Assembly (NCBI GenBank): GCA_963681965.1
Contig: OY820579.1
Coordinates: 1,952,001-2,016,000, forward strand
Origin: a bacterium
Lineage (GTDB): Bacteria > Electryoneota > JAOADG01
Reading direction: 5' to 3'
Length of the DNA: 64,000 nt
Shown: positions 49,337-58,628 of the stretch, piece by piece
Layout: each line of letters opens with the position of its first letter
Position numbering within the stretch: the first letter of the stretch is position 1
Translations under genes and position numbers: made by a program
The notes under the pieces: model-generated
Seen by the model: the letters and a program-made list of their open reading frames with translations, nothing else
Told to the model about the DNA's origin: nothing
Database searches by the model: none

Positions 49337-50809
49337 TCAATTCTTGTGAGATAAAATGCGATATAAACTAATCGGTTTTTCCAATTCAAAGCTCTGTTTG
49401 CCGATTTGGATCGCGACGCTTGCCGATTTGGATTGCCAATCGATCCGCAAATCGGGTAGCCAAGGTGCGATGGCTACTCGCCATTCAACCGGGAGATCGT
49501 TGCACTGCCAAGGTCCCACGACCGTTAAATCGTGGCTGAAAATCCTGATCATCCCTTCTACCAAGCTAACACTTTCACGTGGAAATTCCAAGAGGTTACG
49601 ACCTATTGGTGAAAGCAAACTATCTGCGATTTCGTCCCAATAATCGTTCTGAGTGATACGTCCTAATTCGAGGGAAAGTATGGCGAAAAGTCCTTGCTCG
49701 TGAAGTGCCGGAACTGAACCGTGAAGAATATGACCTTTTGAAAACCAATCGAGCTGTCCATCGGTCGTCCGAAACCGGTCGAACCAAATTGCTGCGATCG
49801 TCTCAATCCGACCCAACCACCGAGAATCGCCACTATAGCGGTAGTAGTCTAGCGCTGCGATTGCAAACACCAGACCGTCGGAGAGTCGAAAACCAAGATT
49901 ATCATTCGATGGTAATTCTAATTCCGCACCATCGGTACTAAATCGACCGTAGCGATACACCGAGTCGATCAGATTGCCAGCGTGCCGAATCCAGACTGAT
50001 CCGAATGCCCATCCAATTCTAACTAGTGCTCGAACTACCTGAGCTTGTTCGGTTATGGTCGTCGATTCAAGTCTGATCTTATTTTCGGTCGCATAGGTCG
50101 GAAAATAAAGTCCGGTAGCTGCATCTAGTTTGGTTAGTAGATGATCAGCTTGGTGTTGCAACGTTTCACAAATAGCTGAGTTTTGAAGAGTATAGCAATT
50201 CGGAAATGCGGATACCGATAAATAAATACTGGCTGTTGCTAGAATCGTTTCACACAAATAAGAAAGTGGAAGTTGATCGATTTGAAGTAAAGCAATTCGC
50301 TGGTAGATGTGCTCCAAGAGCGCAACTGCACCAGGACGCTCGCGAAATCGAACAATTGTCGACACTAATCGAAGTTCGTCTAAAGTCATTCGATCTCTTG
50401 AAATCGGTCTTTGTTCAACCCGTTTTAACCATTCACGAACCAGTAACGTTGAAATGGTTGTCGATTGCGCTTCTTCGATCGCTTTTGTTTTGCGAGGTGG
50501 TTCAGCAAGTTGAACCACAGAATCGCGATGGTCAATCCAAGCTTCCAGCAGTAAACGGTAATAATCTTCAAGAAAATTCAAACTAGTTATATACTGTGAT
50601 GGAAGTGGTTTAGCGATATCAAAATAAGCCACGATACACGGGGTTGTGGATATATGTAGATGAGCGCCGAGATCGGGTCGGAATCGTAGATCAAACAATT
50701 CTACCCGATCATTGTGCGTTTGTTGCCATTCAACTAATTCACAACAAGCTTGTTCCGACATAATTGATCGATCGATTGCCAGAAAAAAACGGAGTCCTTC
50801 GTCGTTCAT
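49337..50809 (-). CDS. Degenerate YyaL/SPATA20-like protein (thioredoxin-like plus (alpha/alpha)6 barrel)
   Basis: FDLRFRPDL resembles VDREERPD; ALDYYRYSGDSRWL..FDRF and LELGRITQNDYW resemble YyaL helical repeats; no CxWC; ATG 50809 abuts the upstream stop. Confidence 0.55.
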   Translation of the reverse strand: MNDEGLRFFLAIDRSIMSEQACCELVEWQQTHNDRVELFDLRFRPDLGAHLHISTTPCIVAYFDIAKPLPSQYITSLNFLEDYYRLLLEAWIDHRDSVVQLAEPPRKTKAIEEAQSTTISTLLVREWLKRVEQRPISRDRMTLDELRLVSTIVRFRERPGAVALLEHIYQRIALLQIDQLPLSYLCETILATASIYLSVSAFPNCYTLQNSAICETLQHQADHLLTKLDAATGLYFPTYATENKIRLESTTITEQAQVVRALVRIGWAFGSVWIRHAGNLIDSVYRYGRFSTDGAELELPSNDNLGFRLSDGLVFAIAALDYYRYSGDSRWLGRIETIAAIWFDRFRTTDGQLDWFSKGHILHGSVPALHEQGLFAILSLELGRITQNDYWDEIADSLLSPIGRNLLEFPRESVSLVEGMIRIFSHDLTVVGPWQCNDLPVEWRVAIAPWLPDLRIDWQSKSASVAIQIGKQSFELEKPISLYRILSHKN

Positions 50810-50810
50810 C

Positions 50811-51551
50811 TTACTTACTCGACGCACTGGTATCGGGTCGAACTAAAAAAGCAATAATATTTTTTAATGAATCTACCGGTAGTCTCGTTATTGTAAAGAA
50901 AGGCATATATCCGTTCAAATAATTAGTCGAACTGAGACGCGTTTTCATTGCAATATAGCCAATACTGAGTGAATGGATTGAGCGAAGATCGGCAATTCCG
51001 TGGATACCGTAACCGTGGCATTGATTGCAATATCGATCATACGTGCTGCTACCGAATAGCTGTTCTCCCCCACTATAAGTTGTTTGATAGCGAACGGTAT
51101 CGATTAAATTTTCAGTCGTTAGAAAGGTGTCGATTTGGATGGTTCGCAACATTGAATCACTCCGAACCGAAGTACTCTTTAAATACTCTTCTAGTGCAAT
51201 CCACCGATCGGAAATCTGAGTGAGTTGGTCACCATGCATATATTTTACGATACACTGATTGACTGCAGTACGCAGAGATCGGTGATATTCTCCCCAGAAT
51301 CCATTGCGATAATATAGATTACGAAGCGGTACTGCCGGATAAGTGAAATCAGCACGATCCCGATCACTTTCCGGAGGTTGGTGACATGTAATGCAAGTGT
51401 AAGGATTTCCAACTGTTCCAAAGGTAGGATCGTCGGATAGATTCTTTCCGATTGATATATAATCGATAGAATCTTCCGAAGTACTTGATTTACTGCAACC
51501 AAGTGAGAAAAGGAAGGCAATTATTAGAGTGATATATAATGCTATTCTCAC
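50811..51551 (-). CDS. Dihaem c-type cytochrome lipoprotein, TsdA/SoxA-like
   Basis: Lipobox SLGC; CITCH and CNQCH; [12 protein letters not shown] resembles RINGCFERSMNG; YMP distal Met. Confidence 0.75.
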   Translation of the reverse strand: MRIALYITLIIAFLFSLGCSKSSTSEDSIDYISIGKNLSDDPTFGTVGNPYTCITCHQPPESDRDRADFTYPAVPLRNLYYRNGFWGEYHRSLRTAVNQCIVKYMHGDQLTQISDRWIALEEYLKSTSVRSDSMLRTIQIDTFLTTENLIDTVRYQTTYSGGEQLFGSSTYDRYCNQCHGYGIHGIADLRSIHSLSIGYIAMKTRLSSTNYLNGYMPFFTITRLPVDSLKNIIAFLVRPDTSASSK

Positions 51552-51967
51552 GCTTCACCCATCACTTTCACGATCACACGTTTCGAACGCTGTCCATCGA
51601 ATTCGGCGTAATAAACTTGTTGCCACGGACCTAGGTCAAGTTTGCCCGAAGTGACTGGTAACCATATCTGATGCCCTACCAGTAAATTCTTTAAATGACT
51701 GTCACCATTCGTTTCACCGGTGCGATGATGCCGGTAATTTGCATAAGGTGCCAGCTTCTCCAGCCAATCGTCGATGTCTTGAACTAATCCCGACTCAGCA
51801 TCGTTGACATACACCCCTGCGGTAATATGCATTGCAGAAACAAAAACAAATCCTTCGCGAATACCCGACTTTTGCAATATTTCCTCAATTTTTGAGGTGA
51901 TTAGCAGATATTCACGATGTTTTTTCGTGTGAATAGTTAGATATTCAGTATGCCAAATCATATTCAC
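51548..51967 (-). CDS. yjbQ: UPF0047/YjbQ family protein
   Basis: [31 protein letters not shown]. Confidence 0.9.
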   Translation of the reverse strand: MNMIWHTEYLTIHTKKHREYLLITSKIEEILQKSGIREGFVFVSAMHITAGVYVNDAESGLVQDIDDWLEKLAPYANYRHHRTGETNGDSHLKNLLVGHQIWLPVTSGKLDLGPWQQVYYAEFDGQRSKRVIVKVMGEA

Positions 51968-52242
51968 TCACTGTTTCTGTTTTGAGAGGTGATACCGTCG
52001 TCACTAAGTTTTTGGTTAAGAACAATACACCTCTTTTATTTTGTGAGTTTAGAGTGTATTATTCTGTTAAGATAGTGTCGGTTTTTATGACACTTGGGTT
52101 GAGATGCATTCGGTTCGATACCTTCAATATAATTCTTGGATATCGACTACAAAATCGTCGTTAGAAATTTTTGATGGTATTTTGGGTCGTTTGGTGCGTA
52201 TTTCATTGTAAGGCGAGCCTTGAAATCTTGAAAGGAGTTAAC

Positions 52243-54918
52243 ATGAATATGCCACGAAGAGTACTGGCAATGGTCGCGGTACTCGCGTTGGTTGTCGCTG
52301 CGTTTGCTATTCGTAGCGTTGAACCGGGTAATAAACGGGAGTTGACAAAAATACTTCCGCGCGAACTACCCACATTGCCGAATCACATTTCCGTTCCTCC
52401 CACTCCAGTTGGACCCGTCCGGAGTACCGACGAGTTGAATTCTGCTTGGCAGATTGGAACGACTTATCTCGACTTTTTCACGTATGGCTCGCACAATCGG
52501 TTTCTTGCGCGAGATACGATGGGCGGGTTGCATGCCGCATGGATGAATGCCCGTGCCCCGAGTAACGGCGACCGCGTTGTCGCTTATAACTATCGTGAAC
52601 CGCCGGCTGGCGCATGGGCACTGGCTGGAGCCGGTATCGGTGGCGGAGCTGGGTTCTCTTCGATCGATGTATTGTCCGATGGTCGTGCTGTGATTGCTGC
52701 GCACAAACCTGTGCCGACAACCCCAACAGTACCCGGTGGATACTATACGTTCCTCGCGACCGACGAAGATTATCAGATTTCCGGTTTCAATCCGGTGCAA
52801 ACCCCGAATCCAACGACACTGCCAAACGATACAATTATTTGGCCGGTAATGTCCGTGGATCGTCAAAATCGTGCACAGATCATTTCTCGCGATATGGACG
52901 GTGGGCGTGGCATCCTCTACAACCGAATGTTTTATTCCCGGTCCGATAACAATCAACGCAATTTGTCGTCATTCTCGTATGCTTTCCGCGGTTTCCAGGC
53001 TTCCTACGGATCCGCAACCTCGCGCATTTCCGACAAGGTCGCCGTGGCATGGCCGCAGACTGCAATTCCCGGTGCCTACGAAGATCCGCACGGCTGGCGC
53101 GGTTTCTTAGTCCTTGACTATAACAACGACCTCTGGATATCACAGTCGACTGATGGTGGATCGACTTGGAATTTCGACGATACCCTGCACAACAATATCA
53201 CTAAATTTAAAGTGTGGAATTGGGATCGCTTTACACAGTCGGAAAACTTGGATACGCTTTGGGCGGCAGGCGACACTTTCCGTCACGTCAATGCCACTTC
53301 CATGGTGTACGATAACAACGATCACCTCCACATCGTATTCAACGTTGTGCGCTTTTACGAAGATTTAACTGTCGATACTACGGTTCGCCCGCGCGATGTG
53401 CCAGTGAAACGCGTCGGTTTTATGCCGACGTTGGTGTACCACTGGACCGATGCTGCACCCGACACCTTCAACATCGTTGCCGATGGATGGTGGTGGCCGG
53501 TAGTACTGGATAGCCGCGATCCACCGCGCTGGCGTCAGGAAACCCGTACAACGATCGATCGCATGAGTCTCTCGATTGCCACGAACAACGAACTGTATTG
53601 TGCATTCTCGATGTTCGGCAACACGAATTCCCATGTCGATACCAGTTCGAACGGATATGCAGTTAGCAATATTTGGGTCACGCACTCGGTAGATAACGGT
53701 ACCACTTGGTATTGGCCGACTCCAATTACCGATACGACCAATTCCAATGGCGCCGCTTCCGGTTCCGCACACAGCCGAATTTGGCCGTCGATGCCTGAAG
53801 TGATCGATAACGACTCATTGTACGTTATGTATATCGACGATCGTTCTGCCGGTTCGACTTGGATCGATGGCGGTACTTCGACCGATCCTTTATACAATGA
53901 CTGGACTTTGAATCCGGTGATCGTGCAGTCCGTGGCGAGAAGTGCAATTCGCAGCGACTCGACCTTGACCTATCCTGATTACCCGCCACTGCGTTCGCAG
54001 TATCGCTTCGACCCGAATGCGCCGATTCTCCGCATCACCGGACCGGCACCAGGATTGTATTTGAATTCACCGATCACATTCAACTGGATCTATCGACGAA
54101 TTGCCGATACCTCGCATGTCAAGTTGGAATTGAATCGCGATTATCCCAATGGCGAATGGGAATTGATCGACACACCATTGATTTCCGATACTACTTATTC
54201 CTGGCCATTCGAAGAAGAATACAATCTGCTTCGCGTACGGTTCCGGATTTCGCTACTCAGCAATCCGAATATCTCGGATGTCGTTTCCGAAGATGATGCC
54301 CCGCGCGATCTGTCGCTGGCAACAATTCGGTTGGTTTTTCCGACTAGCGCATATTTGACGAATCCGGTAACGTTGCAGTGGGATTATATCGATACGACTA
54401 CTAACGGCGATATTCGCACCACCGACACTGTCCGGATCGAAGTCATGCAAAATTATCCGAATGGCCAGTGGTCGCTGATCAACTCGGCGCCGATTACCAA
54501 CGACACGATGATGTGGCGATTCGATAATTCGTATTTGAATTCGAGTGTGAAGTTCCGGATTTCGATTCAGCGCGATCCGACGATTAACGACATCACGTGG
54601 CAAACATACAACGTCGTTGCCGGTGTGAATGAGAAGCCGCAAACGAATGTCGTTACGACTTACCAGTTGAAACCGGCATATCCGAATCCCTTCAATCCGT
54701 TTACCACGATCCGGTTTGCTATACCATTCCGCGATCGCGTGACATTGAAGGCATACGATATCACGGGTAAAGAAGTCGCCACGTTGGTCGACAACGTCTT
54801 CAATGCCGGTGAGCAGCGTATTACCTGGCGACCGAGTCGACTTGCCAGCGGGGTCTACTTTATCAAGATGTCAGCAGGTCATATCACCAAGACCGAAAAG
54901 GTCATCTTCATGAAGTAA
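52243..54918 (+). CDS. Secreted protein: BNR/Asp-box propeller-like domain, two Ig-like repeats, T9SS-type CTD
   Basis: ATG 52243 follows AAAGGAG; STDGGSTW and SVDNGTTW Asp-boxes; duplicated W.Y..V.(L/I)E...YPNG.W..FRIS; AYPNPFNP..ASGVYF. Confidence 0.82.
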   Translation: MNMPRRVLAMVAVLALVVAAFAIRSVEPGNKRELTKILPRELPTLPNHISVPPTPVGPVRSTDELNSAWQIGTTYLDFFTYGSHNRFLARDTMGGLHAAWMNARAPSNGDRVVAYNYREPPAGAWALAGAGIGGGAGFSSIDVLSDGRAVIAAHKPVPTTPTVPGGYYTFLATDEDYQISGFNPVQTPNPTTLPNDTIIWPVMSVDRQNRAQIISRDMDGGRGILYNRMFYSRSDNNQRNLSSFSYAFRGFQASYGSATSRISDKVAVAWPQTAIPGAYEDPHGWRGFLVLDYNNDLWISQSTDGGSTWNFDDTLHNNITKFKVWNWDRFTQSENLDTLWAAGDTFRHVNATSMVYDNNDHLHIVFNVVRFYEDLTVDTTVRPRDVPVKRVGFMPTLVYHWTDAAPDTFNIVADGWWWPVVLDSRDPPRWRQETRTTIDRMSLSIATNNELYCAFSMFGNTNSHVDTSSNGYAVSNIWVTHSVDNGTTWYWPTPITDTTNSNGAASGSAHSRIWPSMPEVIDNDSLYVMYIDDRSAGSTWIDGGTSTDPLYNDWTLNPVIVQSVARSAIRSDSTLTYPDYPPLRSQYRFDPNAPILRITGPAPGLYLNSPITFNWIYRRIADTSHVKLELNRDYPNGEWELIDTPLISDTTYSWPFEEEYNLLRVRFRISLLSNPNISDVVSEDDAPRDLSLATIRLVFPTSAYLTNPVTLQWDYIDTTTNGDIRTTDTVRIEVMQNYPNGQWSLINSAPITNDTMMWRFDNSYLNSSVKFRISIQRDPTINDITWQTYNVVAGVNEKPQTNVVTTYQLKPAYPNPFNPFTTIRFAIPFRDRVTLKAYDITGKEVATLVDNVFNAGEQRITWRPSRLASGVYFIKMSAGHITKTEKVIFMK

Positions 54919-54934
54919 GTAGTTTTCTGTTGAG

Positions 54935-54966
54935 AAAAGGCGCAGTGAAAGCTGCGCCTTTTTTTT
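54935..54966 (+). terminator. Intrinsic terminator
   Basis: AAAAGGCGCAG-tgaaag-CTGCGCCTTTTTTTT. Confidence 0.9.
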
Positions 54967-55012
54967 GTAAGTCGGTATTTAAGTATCTCTTGAAAATAAG
55001 CGGTTATCGGTA

Positions 55013-55348
55013 GTAGGGGCAGGTCCCTGTGCTTGCCCGATCTGTTATCTTTCTTTGAGTCTTGTATCTTGTATCCGGAAGTACTGCCGATCTCCGAATC
55101 GGCGATTCTCTTCTTTTCCGTAGGTCGGAATTTATTCCGACTCCTTCCTTTTTTAGTAGGGGGGGCATCCCCGCATGCCCCCGCTCTGGTATTTTTATTT
55201 ATTTTGTATCCCGGAGTAGGGGCGGGCTCCCACGCCCGCCCGATCTATTATCTTTCTTTGAGTCTTGTATCTTGTATCCGTTAGTACTGCCGATCTCCGA
55301 ATCGGCAAGACTCTTCTTTACCGTAGGTCAGAACTTGTTCTGACCACC
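55013..55348 (+). repeat. Left array of GTAG/GTAC-tagged REP-like hairpins, with a ~129-bp direct repeat (55013-55141 and 55216-55344)
   Basis: Tagged hairpins start at 55013, 55081, 55120, 55156, 55216, 55284 and 55323, all in the same orientation; repeat offset 203 bp. Confidence 0.85.
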
Positions 55349-55485
55349 TCCTGTGTCTCAAATTGAAAACAATTAACGCAGTCTAAAGCCTGTGGCTACA
55401 AATTTTCCTTTCACTCATCAAATTGCTTGTAAATACTCTCCATCCACATTATTATTGATATACCACCTGTCCGACCGGAGCTACT

Positions 55486-58116
55486 ATGACTTTCCGCCAT
55501 CGTCCTCTTCGCCAACGCCCGCTCGCATTCGCGACGATGCTTGTCTTCGCTCTGTCGATCCTTCTCCCGCAAATTTCTTACGCTGTCACGGTACAATCGA
55601 CGCGACTCCCACACCCATTCCAGTTTACGGAGAATAAGGGACAGTGGGATTCCGCCGTGGTGTATAAATGTGAGGTGCGGCGCGATGGCTTCACTTGGTT
55701 CCTCGAGCGCGATGGTGTCACCCTCGTCACCTCCATCATCGATTCTTCTTCTTTGGTAGGGGCGGTTCGCGAACCGCCCGTGTCCGTTAATGATGCACGA
55801 TTCGATCCCAATGGTCGTATCCATCATTCCCGTTTAAAATCTCACGCGCTCAAATTCAAATTCGTGCAACCATCCGGGGACACGGGCGGTTCGCGAACCG
55901 CCCCTACCATGAATGAATACGCATTCGCGAAATCGATTGATGCACAAGGTGAATTATCGTGGCACAATAATTATTTCTTGGGGAATGATTCCTTGAAGTG
56001 GGCACCGGATTGCCGGAACTTCACGCGCGTGGTGTATCATGATGTGTGGAACGGAATCGATGTCGAGTGGTATGAGAGTAAGGGACATCTCGAATTCGAT
56101 TTAGTAGTGCATCCCGGTGCCGATCCGAAACAGATTGCGATGGTGTGTGAGGGATTGGATGCGCCAATCGCAGGCGGAGGACGGACACTCTTGTCCGTCG
56201 GCTCAATAATTTCTGTCATAAAAAGGAGTCGGACAGGAGTGTCCGACCTCCACTTATCGAATGAACTTTCGCTTCCCACTTCCCTCGGCGAATTGCGAAT
56301 GAGAATTCCGGGAGCTTACCAAACCACTGCGAATGGCACCCGCGGAAACGCTGTCACGGCACAATTCAGACTCGTGTCAGAAAATCTCTTCGCGATCGAT
56401 TTGCCGAATGGGTATTATCCCTCGCAAACGCTCAGAATCGATCCACTGGTGTATAGTACGTATTTGGGAGGTGGTGGAAACGATTATGGAGATGGCATCG
56501 TCGATGACGGTAGTGGGGGAGTCATCGTTTGTGGATGCACAAATAGTTACGATTTTCCCGTCACGGTCGGAGCCATCGATGTTAGCTACAATGGCGCATC
56601 GGTAGGTACTGGCGACTGTTTCATCACAAGAGTGGACAGTACTTTTTCACAACTGATCTACAGTACTTTTCTCGGTGGACCGGGTGACGATCGCGCGGAA
56701 AGTATTGTCTCCGACGACTCTGGTAATTGCACGATCACCGGATATGCAGATTCACAATTCCCTACCACTATTAATGCATATCAAAGGTCATATAATGGGG
56801 GAAGGCGTGATTGTGTCGTTGCCCGTTTAAATAGCTCAGGCTCGCAATTGATATATAGTACTTGTCTCGGTGGTAACGGCTACGATGATGGACATAGCAT
56901 TCTGGCTGGTGATAGTGGAAGTGTCTTTATCGGAGGTTTTACTAATAGTCCGAATTTTCCGACCACTGAAGGCGCATACAACACGACCAGTTCTGGTGGA
57001 TTCGTCGTTCATGTAAACAATACCGGTTCTGGTCTGATCTATAGCACTTTTCTAGGTTATAGTCCGGAATTATGGTCGATTACATCAGATGGTTCGGGGG
57101 GAATACTTGCAACAGGAAGTGCGATCTCAGGACTATATACAACCCCCAATGCGTTCGATACGACTTTTAATGGTGGTGATTTGGATGCATTTGTACTACG
57201 CTTGAATTCGACCGGCTCGCAGTTGCTGTACAGTACTTATCTCGGTGGTTCCGGCGACCGTGAATGGGCAGTTGGGATTACAGGTGATGGAAACGGTAAC
57301 TGTTTTGTAACAGGTTCTACTACCAGTCCCAATTTTCCAATTACAGTCGGTGGGTTTGATACAGTCTATAACGGAGGCACCACAGTTATCGGTGATTGTT
57401 TTATTTCATATCTCAACAGCACTGGATCGAATCTTTTATACAGTACTTATCTCGGTGGTTCTGGTGAGGATGCAGGTAGGGGAATCCTGTACTATGCTGA
57501 TACTAGTGTTACCATTGTGGGGGGAACAAAGGGTACTGACTTTCCAACTACAATAGGCGCTTATTCAGAACACCTTAACGGTACAGGAAACTGTTTTGTA
57601 ACTCATCTTAAAGTCAATACATCTCGATTAATTTACAGCACGTATTTTGGTGGGACAGGCAGCGATGTCGCTTATGCATGTATGAAACACCATTCTGATG
57701 GAATCATTTTTACTGGTATTTGTGGATCGGGTTTTCCCACGACCCCAGAGGTTGGAGATACCAGTTACAACGGTGGTTCTGATGGCTTCATCGCGCGTTT
57801 GACACTTTTTCCGGACTCATCAGCCAGTACACCGGAACGATTCATACAACCATCCGGTTTCGCTTTGGCGCAGAATTACCCGAATCCCTTCAACTCCACC
57901 ACCTCACTCTCCTACACTCTCCCAATCTCATCTCACGTTGATCTTCGTCTCTACGACCTGATGGGGCGCGAAGTTACTACGCTGGTGCAACGCGAACAAA
58001 TTGCCGGAACCTATCGCGTGTTGCTCGATGGTTCGCGCTTGGCGAGTGGAACGTATTTTGTGCGATTGCAGGCGGGAGCGTTTGCGAAGACGCAGAAGAT
58101 TGTTCTATTAAAGTAA
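55486..58116 (+). CDS. Secreted SBBP-repeat protein with a T9SS-type CTD
   Basis: FTENKGQWD, PGADP, LRIDPLVYSTYLGG; repeated YST(Y/F)LGG..D..FP.T; NYPNPFNSTT..ASGTYF..KIVLLK; GGAG RBS. Confidence 0.88.
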   Translation: MTFRHRPLRQRPLAFATMLVFALSILLPQISYAVTVQSTRLPHPFQFTENKGQWDSAVVYKCEVRRDGFTWFLERDGVTLVTSIIDSSSLVGAVREPPVSVNDARFDPNGRIHHSRLKSHALKFKFVQPSGDTGGSRTAPTMNEYAFAKSIDAQGELSWHNNYFLGNDSLKWAPDCRNFTRVVYHDVWNGIDVEWYESKGHLEFDLVVHPGADPKQIAMVCEGLDAPIAGGGRTLLSVGSIISVIKRSRTGVSDLHLSNELSLPTSLGELRMRIPGAYQTTANGTRGNAVTAQFRLVSENLFAIDLPNGYYPSQTLRIDPLVYSTYLGGGGNDYGDGIVDDGSGGVIVCGCTNSYDFPVTVGAIDVSYNGASVGTGDCFITRVDSTFSQLIYSTFLGGPGDDRAESIVSDDSGNCTITGYADSQFPTTINAYQRSYNGGRRDCVVARLNSSGSQLIYSTCLGGNGYDDGHSILAGDSGSVFIGGFTNSPNFPTTEGAYNTTSSGGFVVHVNNTGSGLIYSTFLGYSPELWSITSDGSGGILATGSAISGLYTTPNAFDTTFNGGDLDAFVLRLNSTGSQLLYSTYLGGSGDREWAVGITGDGNGNCFVTGSTTSPNFPITVGGFDTVYNGGTTVIGDCFISYLNSTGSNLLYSTYLGGSGEDAGRGILYYADTSVTIVGGTKGTDFPTTIGAYSEHLNGTGNCFVTHLKVNTSRLIYSTYFGGTGSDVAYACMKHHSDGIIFTGICGSGFPTTPEVGDTSYNGGSDGFIARLTLFPDSSASTPERFIQPSGFALAQNYPNPFNSTTSLSYTLPISSHVDLRLYDLMGREVTTLVQREQIAGTYRVLLDGSRLASGTYFVRLQAGAFAKTQKIVLLK
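55754..55909. repeat. In-frame REP doublet inside the CDS (perfect 32-bp inverted repeat)
   Basis: TGGTAGGGGCGGTTCGCGAACCGCCCGTGTCC at 55754-55785 and its exact reverse complement at 55878-55909. Confidence 0.9.
56174..56253. repeat. Second in-frame REP doublet (GTGG-type) inside the CDS
   Basis: GCGGAGGACGGACACTCTTGTCCGTC (56174-56199) vs reverse complement of 56228-56253, GTGGAGGTCGGACACTCCTGTCCGAC. Confidence 0.75.
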
Positions 58117-58129
58117 TTCATATTGTGAA

Positions 58130-58480
58130 GTAGGGGCGGGCTCCCACGCCCGCCCGCATCTTCTTGGGTAGGGGCGGTTCGCGAACCGCCCGAAACGTGA
58201 TGTCTGAAAGACATCACGCGGATATAAAAATTTATCAATGAATGAATCCGGAAATATTTCTGCGTCATCAATGGATTAGGGCGGTTCGCGAACCGCCCCT
58301 ACCAAAAGATAGATTGCCACGTCCGACGCTTCGCGTCGTCCTCGCAACGACAGATCAGGATACAAGATTCAAGCGGTGGTCAGAACAAGTTCTGACCTAC
58401 GGAAAAGAAGAGACTCGCCCAATCGGAGTTGGGCACTACTACAAAAGATAAAATCACGCAGGCTCGGAGGCCTGCGCCAC
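58130..58480. repeat. Right array of REP-like hairpins, including a doublet at 58168-58302
   Basis: GTAG hairpins at 58130 and 58168 on +; inverted tagged hairpins ending at 58302, 58400, 58439 and 58480. Confidence 0.85.
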
Positions 58481-58588
58481 CAAGACGGAGTTGGACTGTA
58501 CTGATAGATCCCAAAAATCAGATCGCTGACTCGGTGTTCAGAGCTACCCCGTCAACTAGTCACTCGACTCGCACCAAAGATTGAGCCT

Positions 58589-58620
58589 AAAAAAAAGCCG
58601 ACTCTTTCGAGTCGGCTTTT
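58589..58620 (-). terminator. Terminator after tRNA-Gln
   Basis: AAAAAAAAGCCGACTC-tttc-GAGTCGGCTTTT. Confidence 0.85.
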
Positions 58621-58628
58621 CCTTTGGG

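Noticed and set aside
50811-51551. Calling this gene tsdA or soxA
   Set aside because: The substrate-binding arginines and supporting gene context are absent.
55033-55343. Short ORFs 55033-55284 and 55062-55343 (also 58011-58271 and 58242-58451)
   Set aside because: They are translations of REP arrays with no RBS or protein-like features.
55013-55348. CRISPR array
   Set aside because: The hairpins differ in sequence, the spacers are duplicated rather than unique, spacing is irregular and no cas genes are present; a REP cluster fits better.
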